27,584 nt of DNA, taken from positions 1-27,584 of IMG/VR virus record IMGVR_UViG_3300011442_000025; one strand, 5' to 3'. Source of the DNA: a virus (lineage: Duplodnaviria > Caudoviricetes). Position 1 is the stretch's first letter. Every line of letters begins with the position of its first letter. Made by a program: the position numbers and the translations under genes. Below the pieces are notes generated by a model. That model made no database searches. It saw only the letters and a list, made by a program, of their open reading frames with translations, and was not told the DNA's origin. Positions 1-6,390 of this stretch are shown piece by piece.

Positions 1-52
1 CAGTGACTGACAGTTCCTCACCCAATGTTGCCGCCCTTGCTGCTTCAGTCAT
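1..52 (-). CDS. 5' fragment of the next early gene (runs off the left edge)
   Basis: ATG at 52-50 overlaps the TGA of the nuclease (ATGA coupling). The frame is open to the edge: MTEAARAATLGEELSVT... Confidence 0.6.
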   Translation of the reverse strand, partial: MTEAARAATLGEELSVT

Positions 53-963
53 GCCGCCACCTTCGTCTCTGTCCTTGTCAGTGGGTTCCACTCCCGCCTC
101 TCGTAAAATTGCTCCAGCCAGTTCGTGCCGTCCTGGACAAGGCAAACTTGTTTGAACGGGCACCCTCCGTATTCCGTGCAGGCGTGATCCAGGCTGTAGT
201 CGTAATATCCCTCTCTCCAAGCATTTACCAAGCGCTTGATGTCTCGAAGGAGCTGTTCATACCAGCGGTCTATCTGCCAGTCCGGCCGGTAGGTCAGGGC
301 CTCGGCCTTGTCATATTTCGTCTTGAGGATGGATACGCCACGGACGAGGACGCCTTTCACCGGTATCCCGGCTTCCCGACACCCCCAGGCATACCCGGTG
401 AACTGGGAGCGAAGATGCCACTGGTTAGCCCAGCTTGCGCCGAGTTGGGAGGTTGTCTTATCGTCCTCGATAAAGATGCCGGCGGACTGGTAGGAGATAA
501 TCTGATCCATCCGCCCGCAGTAGAGGATGGGATCGCCTGTCTCGGGGTTAGGAATGGGGAGTGGGTGGGCGAAGGAGAACTCGATCCCTCTCTTTCCGGA
601 AGGGAGGAGGATTGGCTCCGTCCCGTCCTCCCCGAGGGGGAAAACGGAGAGGGCAAATTCAAAAGCGCCGCAAGTGCGCTCGAGGGATTTCGCCGAGTCG
701 GGTGGGCATTCAAAGTCTCCGTAGTGCTTCACCAGGGCCTCAAGGCCGAGTGCGCAGGCATCATCCGCGGAGGCCTGGTCTACCCAGAATGCAGTGCGTG
801 CCGCCTCCATGCCTGCGGCGAAAGCTCCTCCCGCAACGAGGTGGACGGACTGCCCCTTTGGCTTGTAATGCCAAAGGTATTCCAACTCTGCCTTCTTGTG
901 GCAGGAGCGGACAGCGGACATAATTGAACTGTCAAGGACGGCTGGGAATGGAGGGCGTGTCAT
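49..963 (-). CDS. PD-(D/E)XK RecB/Cas4/AddB-like exonuclease with Fe-S cluster
   Basis: Motifs GRMD, EDDKT and QFTGY. One N-terminal Cys (RSC) plus C-terminal CTEYGGCPFKQVC gives the 1+3 Cys iron-staple pattern. AAGGAAG upstream of the ATG. Confidence 0.9.
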   Translation of the reverse strand: MTRPPFPAVLDSSIMSAVRSCHKKAELEYLWHYKPKGQSVHLVAGGAFAAGMEAARTAFWVDQASADDACALGLEALVKHYGDFECPPDSAKSLERTCGAFEFALSVFPLGEDGTEPILLPSGKRGIEFSFAHPLPIPNPETGDPILYCGRMDQIISYQSAGIFIEDDKTTSQLGASWANQWHLRSQFTGYAWGCREAGIPVKGVLVRGVSILKTKYDKAEALTYRPDWQIDRWYEQLLRDIKRLVNAWREGYYDYSLDHACTEYGGCPFKQVCLVQDGTNWLEQFYERREWNPLTRTETKVAA

Positions 964-1093
964 TTTTCTTCCTTTGCTTTGCGCTCTGTTGCGCGCGGAT
1001 CTGCTTGAACCGAGCTGCTATATCAGTCCGCTCTGCAGGGATGTAGTGGAAGGGATACTTTCCATTCACCTTCGGATCAGACAGTCGGGGCAT
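932..1093 (-). CDS. small basic hypothetical protein (53 aa, MPRLSDPK...)
   Basis: ATG at 1093 is preceded by GAAGGAGAGG. Overlaps neighbours in the packed operon. Confidence 0.6.
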   Translation of the reverse strand: MPRLSDPKVNGKYPFHYIPAERTDIAARFKQIRAQQSAKQRKKNDTPSIPSRP

Positions 1094-1250
1094 TATCCTC
1101 TCCTTCATCTTCCTCGTCGGCCTCTGCTGTGATGCGGTCAAAGCAATCCTCGCAGAGATTGCTGATTCGGGTCTCCCTCCATCCCGCCGGGGTGTGGCAG
1201 TTACGCTCGGTGAAGTACTCCCCGCATGAGATGCAACGATTGTCTGTCAC
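1077..1250 (-). CDS. 57-aa zinc-finger-like protein (below ORF-track cutoff)
   Basis: GTG start 1 nt after the upstream stop. Translation MTDNRCISCGEYFTERNCHTPAGWRETRISNLCEDCFDRITAEADEEDEGEDNAPTV has CxxC...CxxC and an acidic tail, and fills the gap exactly. Confidence 0.75.
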   Translation of the reverse strand: MTDNRCISCGEYFTERNCHTPAGWRETRISNLCEDCFDRITAEADEEDEGEDNAPTV

Positions 1251-1251
1251 T

Positions 1252-1467
1252 TTAACCCCCCATCAAGTCGTCGAGGAGGGAGTCGGCGGAGGGGATCTCC
1301 TTCTTCGCCCGGATGCGTTTTGCTGTCTCACTGGCAGATGTAGCGGCCGCAACGCGGCTACCCCGCATAAGGCGGATAGCCTCTTTATACTCTTCCTGCG
1401 TTGCGGTCCCGGCAAGGGACTTCATCCTGATCTCGTTGAGGTACTGGATCTCTTGCTGGCTCATCAT
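1252..1467 (-). CDS. hypothetical protein (71 aa), ends SADSLLDDLMGG
   Basis: AGGAGG RBS and ATGA coupling with the upstream gene. Confidence 0.8.
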   Translation of the reverse strand: MMSQQEIQYLNEIRMKSLAGTATQEEYKEAIRLMRGSRVAAATSASETAKRIRAKKEIPSADSLLDDLMGG

Positions 1468-1658
1468 TTCTTGACCTCCTGTGCTTCATCCGCTGCTGTC
1501 TTGTTGTAGATAGCAATGAGGGTTTGTGCCTCGGGGATGGACATCCGGCCCCTTTGCAAGCCGGTGCCATTCCAGAGGACACAGATTAGCTCACCGAGAG
1601 CATCCCGCACTTCCGGGTATGCTCCGTTTAATCCCTTTATACTAAGGGGTGCTTTCAT
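1464..1658 (-). CDS. hypothetical protein (64 aa)
   Basis: 4-nt overlaps with both neighbours. Confidence 0.7.
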   Translation of the reverse strand: MKAPLSIKGLNGAYPEVRDALGELICVLWNGTGLQRGRMSIPEAQTLIAIYNKTAADEAQEVKK

Positions 1659-1930
1659 GTTTCGAGTATCCTTTTCAGTTGCTGCACTGTCCCTGGGCTT
1701 CCCCTCACAACGGCACTCCCCGGCGGGCTGTTTACCAGGAAGGGAGCGAGATCAAGGGATTCGCTTCCGAAGAATTCCTGGATGCGTGCGACGAGGAAGT
1801 TCTGGTAAGCGCCGAGGGGGATTCTCCCCTCCACCTCGGAGAAGAGAAGAAGGTCGAGGCGACCCTTCACATCTTCTGGGAGCATGATGCAGACCTGGAT
1901 AGAGGGGATGATGTTGCGTGGACGCGGCAT
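1655..1930 (-). CDS. putative ribbon-helix-helix-like DNA-binding protein (91 aa)
   Basis: N-terminal MPRPR, then an alternating strand (IQVCIML), PEDVKGRLD helix and a second helix. TAATG coupling. The fold is inferred. Confidence 0.55.
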   Translation of the reverse strand: MPRPRNIIPSIQVCIMLPEDVKGRLDLLLFSEVEGRIPLGAYQNFLVARIQEFFGSESLDLAPFLVNSPPGSAVVRGSPGTVQQLKRILET

Positions 1931-2145
1931 TAGGAGAAGCTCCGGCTCAGTTCCTGGTAAGCCTCGATCACTTCGCTCACCTCCAGCGGGGAGACCTCTC
2001 CTTCGACAGAGCGGAGGAGGAAGATTATCAAGATCTCGTCCCCGAGTTGGTGGGCAAACTCCTGGTTCGCGTGGTCGATGGCCTGCTCCAGCCCAGCAAT
2101 CAACTCCTCGTTGGAGAGGAAGAGAAGCTCGTCAAGGGTTAGCAT
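1930..2145 (-). CDS. acidic helical hypothetical protein (71 aa)
   Basis: ATG at 2145 follows GGAAGGGAAG. The stop overlaps the next start. Confidence 0.65.
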   Translation of the reverse strand: MLTLDELLFLSNEELIAGLEQAIDHANQEFAHQLGDEILIIFLLRSVEGEVSPLEVSEVIEAYQELSRSFS

Positions 2146-2341
2146 GGAACCACTTCCCTTCCTCCCCACAGCCGCCAGGGCCAGTACGGTGAGAAAGACA
2201 GTATTGGTAGAGGGGCAGCTTTTCCCCTGAAACGGGATCGAGGCGGCCTACCCCATTGTTCGGATGCTTACACTCCCATTGAGAGGAAGGAGTGGAGGGG
2301 GTCTTCGCCCACTTATAGGAGCAGTCTCGGCAGAAGTTCAT
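2132..2341 (-). CDS. Cys-rich hypothetical protein (69 aa)
   Basis: CRDC...C...C...CG pattern, GGAGG RBS, ATGA overlap. Confidence 0.75.
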   Translation of the reverse strand: MNFCRDCSYKWAKTPSTPSSQWECKHPNNGVGRLDPVSGEKLPLYQYCLSHRTGPGGCGEEGKWFHANP

Positions 2342-2922
2342 GCCTCTACCTCCTCTTTCAAGGCGAGCTTGCAGTCCCGGGATAACTCTTCCAGGATGTT
2401 TAACCTCTTCGGGAGGGTGAGGGCGACTCGGCTATCCCCGGAGTAAAAGACGGTCGTGTCGGACAGCTCAACGCGGTGTATCCCGATGCCAGAGAGGATG
2501 ACATGGACCAGCACAGCGGGAGCCCTTACGTTGAAGGCAGGGAGGGTGAGGTCCAGCACGATGTCCACCTCTTTCTCAAGCCGGTGAAGACGCTCGGCCT
2601 CTGGGTTGGCCCACTCTACCCATTGCGGGCCAGAGACGGATTCAAGCGCGTTGACCTGGGCCAGCCCCTCCTCCCTCTGCAGCCAGCGAGCAGTGGAGTC
2701 CTTCGGATGGCGATACTCTGCATAGTTACCGAGGAGGGTGTTGGACTCCACATGCCAAAGGGCGATGCAGCGGGTCCGAAACCACTGCTCGTGATCCTTA
2801 AAGTCGGAAATGGTTGGACGTCGGGAGCCCTTCCCCTTCTTCGGGGCGACCTGGATGAGGGCGTGAGTGAGGAGATCTTCCAGGGGGTTATCCCCTGCTT
2901 GACTACTTAGAGGCGTCATCAT
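2338..2922 (-). CDS. hypothetical protein (194 aa)
   Basis: Long ORF on the operon strand with a GAGG RBS, coupled to the downstream gene. Confidence 0.8.
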   Translation of the reverse strand: MMTPLSSQAGDNPLEDLLTHALIQVAPKKGKGSRRPTISDFKDHEQWFRTRCIALWHVESNTLLGNYAEYRHPKDSTARWLQREEGLAQVNALESVSGPQWVEWANPEAERLHRLEKEVDIVLDLTLPAFNVRAPAVLVHVILSGIGIHRVELSDTTVFYSGDSRVALTLPKRLNILEELSRDCKLALKEEVEA

Positions 2923-3049
2923 CGTTGGCCTCTATCTCGTCGCTGTCGAACACACCCCCGCACTCGGGGCACTGGAAGAATTCTTGATCTTCGTCTTTTA
3001 CAGGGAGGAAGGAAACTTCCTCATCACAGGAAGGACATACATGAGCCAT
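2903..3049 (-). CDS. 48-aa zinc-ribbon protein (below ORF-track cutoff)
   Basis: AAGGAG RBS. Translation MAHVCPSCDEEVSFLPVKDEDQEFFQCPECGGVFDSDEIEANDDDASK contains CPSC and CPECG. First gene after the 3102-3130 promoter. Confidence 0.8.
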   Translation of the reverse strand: MAHVCPSCDEEVSFLPVKDEDQEFFQCPECGGVFDSDEIEANDDDASK

Positions 3050-3101
3050 TTGAGCCTACTCCTTGGTTATTGCCGGGGATTACCGGCGGGTAATTCCATT
3101 G

Positions 3102-3130
3102 AGTTTATCCCAGTCCATTACAAGAGTCAA
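3102..3130 (-). promoter_or_regulatory. sigma70-type promoter
   Basis: TTGACT-17 nt-TAAACT on the minus strand, intergenic, upstream of the 3049->49 operon. Confidence 0.75.
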
Positions 3131-3160
3131 CACAGTTGTGAAAATAACTACCAACCTGCC

Positions 3161-3280
3161 CAATCCCTTCCACTCTGGAAGGGATTGAGAAGGCCTCCTC
3201 TTTTGAAGGAGGCTCCCGCCCTGCCCTCGGGCTCAAGCAAGGGCAGGACTCGCGCGCATTGGGGAGAGGGAGGGCGCGCT
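3161..3280. terminator. cluster of stem-loops downstream of gene 3291-3938 (terminator or processing)
   Basis: Perfect 12-bp stem CAATCCCTTCCA-ctc-TGGAAGGGATTG (3161-3187), then GCCTCCT-n7-AGGAGGC and further GC stems. No strong U-tract. Confidence 0.45.
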
Positions 3281-3290
3281 TTCTTGCCCG

Positions 3291-3938
3291 TTACGCCATC
3301 AGCTCATCCATAACGCCGTTGACGTCCACCTCGGAGATCTTGCTCTTCTTCTCCTTCTCCAGGGTAGCAATAATGTCCTGGATAGTCTTCCCAGCATTGT
3401 TCGGCCGGGAGGGCTTGTCGCGGAGGGCCATCTTCTCTGTCGCGGACTTCTTCTTCAGGAACTCCTTCACCTGCTCCGGGGTCTGCGGCTTCGCCGTGTC
3501 GGCTGTGTAGAGGACGAGAGCCTTGGCCAGGATGGAAGCGCCGCCAAAGCCGCCGCCTTCCCGCACCTCGTTCCAATTCGCCCCTGGTGCGCAGAGCCTG
3601 GCGTCCAGCCCCTCCACCTCGACCTGCATATCCTCCGAGTCGGCGGGCTGCTTATCCGCATCCCTCAACCCGGCCACAGTGTCGCCAAGCTTCTGCCCCC
3701 AGCCATGCGTCGCAGCATACGCGATGAGATCGTTGGGAATCCAGCTCATCAGGATGCCGCCGTGGCGGAAGCGGAACTTCACGCCCAGCTTCGCGATCGA
3801 GCCGTCCGGGTTCCTCTCGATGATCCTCTCCTTCTCCATCTTCCTCTTCCCCGCAAACTCATACGTCGTGCCGTCTTCCATCTGCACCGGGAAGTATTCC
3901 GTCTTTTTCTTTCCTGCCACTTCGGCTGATTCAGCCAT
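3291..3938 (-). CDS. hypothetical early protein (215 aa), paralogue of 5346-5879
   Basis: AGGAG RBS, codon pattern suggesting high expression, visible similarity to 5346-5879. Confidence 0.9.
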   Translation of the reverse strand: MAESAEVAGKKKTEYFPVQMEDGTTYEFAGKRKMEKERIIERNPDGSIAKLGVKFRFRHGGILMSWIPNDLIAYAATHGWGQKLGDTVAGLRDADKQPADSEDMQVEVEGLDARLCAPGANWNEVREGGGFGGASILAKALVLYTADTAKPQTPEQVKEFLKKKSATEKMALRDKPSRPNNAGKTIQDIIATLEKEKKSKISEVDVNGVMDELMA

Positions 3939-3954
3939 GTTACTGCTCCTATCA

Positions 3955-4032
3955 GGTTTGCCGTCCCTATAAAGGCGGACAGCGTATTCCTTGGCTTACG
4001 CCCAGGAGAGCACTCTTTTTAGAATGCTCTCG
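3955..4032. other. two stem-loops in the leader of gene 3938
   Basis: GTTTGCC...GGCGGAC stem and GAGAGCACTCT-tttt-AGAATGCTCTC stem. Confidence 0.4.
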
Positions 4033-4047
4033 AGGTCGTCTGCTGGG

Positions 4048-4242
4048 TTAAGTGACCTCCTCGATGTTAAACCAGTCAACCTTGCATGCTTCTAGATTTA
4101 TGACGGCGACCTGGAAGCGGCCTGCTGTAAAGCGGATGACTGGGTGGCCGAGCTCGACGGCTTCCCGTAACTCTGCTGCGTCAGGATGTCGCCCAATCAG
4201 CTGACGTAACGTTCCGTTTGACTTCATGATTAAGGTAGCCAT
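4048..4242 (-). CDS. hypothetical protein (64 aa)
   Basis: GGAG 8 nt before the ATG at 4242. Confidence 0.65.
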   Translation of the reverse strand: MATLIMKSNGTLRQLIGRHPDAAELREAVELGHPVIRFTAGRFQVAVINLEACKVDWFNIEEVT

Positions 4243-4273
4243 TAAAGGAGCTCCGCAGTGCCCACGAAGTCGG

Positions 4274-4375
4274 CTAGCCAAAGAGCACCTTCAAGTCCGA
4301 CCAGAGCTTCTTCGCCTCGGGAAGGGTAATGAAGGCGAGCCTATGTGTAAGGTGGCGCTCGCCGAATTCCACCAT
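4274..4375 (-). CDS. putative leaderless 33-aa peptide MVEFGERHLTHRLAFITLPEAKKLWSDLKVLFG
   Basis: The ATG lies at the predicted +1 of the 4382-4410 promoter. Amphipathic C-terminal half. Could instead be a structured leader RNA. Confidence 0.45.
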   Translation of the reverse strand: MVEFGERHLTHRLAFITLPEAKKLWSDLKVLFG

Positions 4376-4381
4376 CCCACG

Positions 4382-4410
4382 AGTCTACACGAGACCCGAA
4401 ACCGGGTCAA
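4382..4410 (-). promoter_or_regulatory. sigma70-type promoter overlapped by an inverted repeat
   Basis: TTGACC-17-TAGACT. ACGAGACCC (4389-4397) and GGGTCTCGT (4420-4428) flank the -35 box. Confidence 0.7.
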
Positions 4411-4429
4411 TACAGTTATGGGTCTCGTT

Positions 4430-4675
4430 TTAAAGGTTTAACACGAAATCCCTTAGGCTTTGTTCCAGCAAAGTTTTCAGCGTCGGTATCGCACGAGGAG
4501 GGCACTCTGGGAGACGCTTGAACTCCCACCATTCCGAGCCGTCATACTCACCGCGTTCCAGCCACCAATCCTCCCCGACTACGTACAGATCATTGCGAAT
4601 TATCCCGCTTATCCTCACCCTGCCTCGTTCAACACTGTTCTGAAGTTCCCTCTTTACCCGATCAGCTGCATCCAT
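4430..4675 (-). CDS. hypothetical phage protein (81 aa)
   Basis: GAGGAAG RBS. Trp-rich motif WWLERGEYDGSEWWEF of a type recurrent in phage hypotheticals. Confidence 0.75.
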   Translation of the reverse strand: MDAADRVKRELQNSVERGRVRISGIIRNDLYVVGEDWWLERGEYDGSEWWEFKRLPECPPRAIPTLKTLLEQSLRDFVLNL

Positions 4676-5015
4676 CTTCCTCTCCTTCCTGTTGACCCAT
4701 CAACTCATCCAGCACCCGCTGCCCTTTCATCTCCTCTTGCAAGCGAAAGAGCTTCTCCGCACTCGCCTCAAGGGCGATCCGTTCACTCGAGGAAACCTGC
4801 TCCTCCAGCCCTGGTGAGACATGCTGCCAAGTCTCCCGCCGGATTATCCGGCGGACTGTCTCGGTTGAGACAATCCGGCCCATGTCCGAGTAAGTCCGGG
4901 CTATTTCACTGGCCGACCAGACCCGGCGGCCTTGCGGCGTAACCTCCTTCGCCATATTCCGGATCGCAAGGATCTCCTCCTCGCTAAACACTGCATTAAC
5001 ACTTCGCTTTCTCAT
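4662..5015 (-). CDS. helix-turn-helix DNA-binding protein (117 aa)
   Basis: NAVFSEEEILAIR...SASEIARTY...VSTETVRRIIRRETWQHV resembles the HTH module appended to HNH endonucleases, here stand-alone. AAGGTG RBS and its own promoter. Confidence 0.75.
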   Translation of the reverse strand: MRKRSVNAVFSEEEILAIRNMAKEVTPQGRRVWSASEIARTYSDMGRIVSTETVRRIIRRETWQHVSPGLEEQVSSSERIALEASAEKLFRLQEEMKGQRVLDELMGQQEGEEDGCS

Positions 5016-5055
5016 TTCACCTTCCTTTCCTGGTAGCCCAACCGATCACCCAACC

Positions 5056-5084
5056 AGCCTATCACGCCCTGGTCGGAATGTCAA
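5056..5084 (-). promoter_or_regulatory. sigma70 promoter with extended -10
   Basis: TTGACA-17-TAGGCT with TGn immediately before the -10 box. Confidence 0.8.
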
Positions 5085-5098
5085 CAAAGTTAAAACAC

Positions 5099-5299
5099 CG
5101 AGCACCACAACTACCACCGCAACAACAACAGGCCACCCACCCTCCTACAATCCGCCCAAGCGTTTTGCCCCTTATCCAGTTGTATCCTTATAAGTAAAAA
5201 AAAATATAAAGAATAAACATAAAGGGCAAAATAAACACCTGGGGCGAAAATAGGAAGGCCACCCCCCTATTGTTGCGGTTGTGGTAGTTGTCGTACTCG
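5099..5299. repeat. ~200 bp imperfect inverted repeat with AT-rich core (candidate replication origin)
   Basis: Left arm CGAGCACCACAACTACCACCGCAACAA versus reverse complement of right arm CGAGTACGACAACTACCACAACCGCAACAA. Inner TTTTGCCC/GGGCAAAA pair and a central A9 tract. Confidence 0.7.
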
Positions 5300-5301
5300 C
5301 G

Positions 5302-5333
5302 AGAAAGGCGCCCGATACCCGCAACCGGGCGCC
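5302..5333 (-). terminator. intrinsic terminator of gene 5346-5879
   Basis: GGCGCCCGGT-loop-ATCGGGCGCC followed by TTTCT on the minus strand, 12 nt after the stop. Confidence 0.6.
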
Positions 5334-5345
5334 AATACCCGCCGC

Positions 5346-5879
5346 TTACTCGGGCAATTCGTTCATCCAGTCCGCCACATCGATCCCCGCAACGCGCTCC
5401 GCTCGGTATTCCCGAATCTTCGCCGCGATGTTGTCTTGCAACGCGAGTGCGCCCAAAACGGCTGACCGGGAAACCGACAGGGAAGCCGCCCGTTTGTCAA
5501 CAATGGCGTTTACCTCTTCGTGCGTCTTGCCCGATACCTCGACCATGGCGCGTAGTATCAAGGCCGTGTCGTCGGTTGTCGCGGTGCGTGCCTTCCGTCC
5601 CCATTCCGCCGATCCGGATTCGAGATGGTCTACAATCGCCGACATGCGCTCCCACTTCTCCCGCGCCATCTCGACGTCGGTTTTCAACGTGCCGTCCTTC
5701 CTGGCACGCAACACGGCCGCACCATCCAGAAGGCGCTGTTGCGCATATCCGGCATACATCGCGCGCTGGTTGTTATCGGGGTGCGCCATCTCCACGTGGA
5801 ACACTATGTCGGGGTGTCCTGCAACGTGATGCGTGATGGTTGCCTCTTCCATGTTGATCGTGTAGGGTTTCGCTTTCAT
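5346..5879 (-). CDS. hypothetical protein (177 aa), first gene of the early arm, paralogue of 3291-3938
   Basis: GAGAGG RBS before the ATG at 5879. The ORF-track start at 5951 lies inside the sigma54 promoter. Confidence 0.85.
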   Translation of the reverse strand: MKAKPYTINMEEATITHHVAGHPDIVFHVEMAHPDNNQRAMYAGYAQQRLLDGAAVLRARKDGTLKTDVEMAREKWERMSAIVDHLESGSAEWGRKARTATTDDTALILRAMVEVSGKTHEEVNAIVDKRAASLSVSRSAVLGALALQDNIAAKIREYRAERVAGIDVADWMNELPE

Positions 5880-5939
5880 GATTGAGCCTCTCATGTCAGG
5901 TTGGTTGGTCCGGACACCATGCCCGGATACCCAGGTATA

Positions 5940-5955
5940 TGCATGATCCATGCCA
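5940..5955 (-). promoter_or_regulatory. sigma54 (RpoN) -24/-12 promoter
   Basis: TGGCATGGATCATGCA has GG-N10-GC spacing and is close to the TGGCACG-N4-TTGCW consensus. It lies ~60 nt upstream of the ATG at 5879. Confidence 0.7.
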
Positions 5956-5970
5956 ACGACAACAACATGC

Positions 5971-5983
5971 TAACCCGTTGATT
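5971..5983. promoter_or_regulatory. IHF binding site 1
   Basis: TAACCCGTTGATT is an exact match to YAANNNNTTGATW, at about -42 to -54 of the sigma54 promoter. Confidence 0.7.
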
Positions 5984-6063
5984 TGATGGAGATTACGTAG
6001 CGTGAAACGGTCAAAATGGACGAGATCTCGTCGAATGCCGTCGGAATGTCGTCGAAACACTCC

Positions 6064-6076
6064 TAACCCGTTGATT
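6064..6076. promoter_or_regulatory. IHF binding site 2
   Basis: Identical 13-mer TAACCCGTTGATT, 93 bp from site 1. Confidence 0.65.
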
Positions 6077-6119
6077 CCATTGGAGATTCCCACGACGATA
6101 TATCGTCGCCCGGTGCCGA

Positions 6120-6390
6120 GGTTACATCGTAGTACGCCATCCCGCCATCCGGTTGCTGCAGCGCAACATCCGCCGGCGTGTGGCAGACAAGCAACATGTC
6201 CCATCGAAGCCACGTCGGGAATTCGGCTGGGTGCGGATGACAACATGTTGCTTCGACGCAACAATGGATGGTGCACCAATAGAGTGCCGCACCACATCAG
6301 TGCATGACGCCCGTGTTGCTGGGATGCTACATGTAGCTGGCCGGGCACACCCCTGGGTGTGAGTACTCACTGCGGACGGGGGGGGGGGCA
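6120..6390. repeat. non-coding region with GCAACAT-like iterations, short palindromes and a G11 run (candidate packaging or genome-end region)
   Basis: GCAACAT at 6163 and 6191, CAACATGTTG at 6241-6250, GCTACATGTAGC at 6326-6337, GTGAGTACTCAC at 6359-6370, G11 at 6378-6388. Sits just upstream of the putative terS. Confidence 0.45.

Noticed and set aside
4300-4381. tRNA-like start (GGGATGGTGGAATTCGG) or a known ribozyme/riboswitch
   Set aside because: No T-arm (GTTCRA) or acceptor stem. It did not fit HDV, pistol, fluoride or preQ1 consensus by eye, so it is kept only as an unnamed pseudoknot.
25-5885. Long plus-strand ORFs (25-927, 2476-2910, 3523-3972, 4460-4942, 5281-5836 and others)
   Set aside because: They are antisense shadows of tightly coupled minus-strand genes that have RBSs and motifs. 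They carry no recognisable motifs of their own.
6378-6388. G11 as a phase-variation switch
   Set aside because: It is not inside a supported CDS or between promoter boxes. Its length may also be a sequencing artefact.
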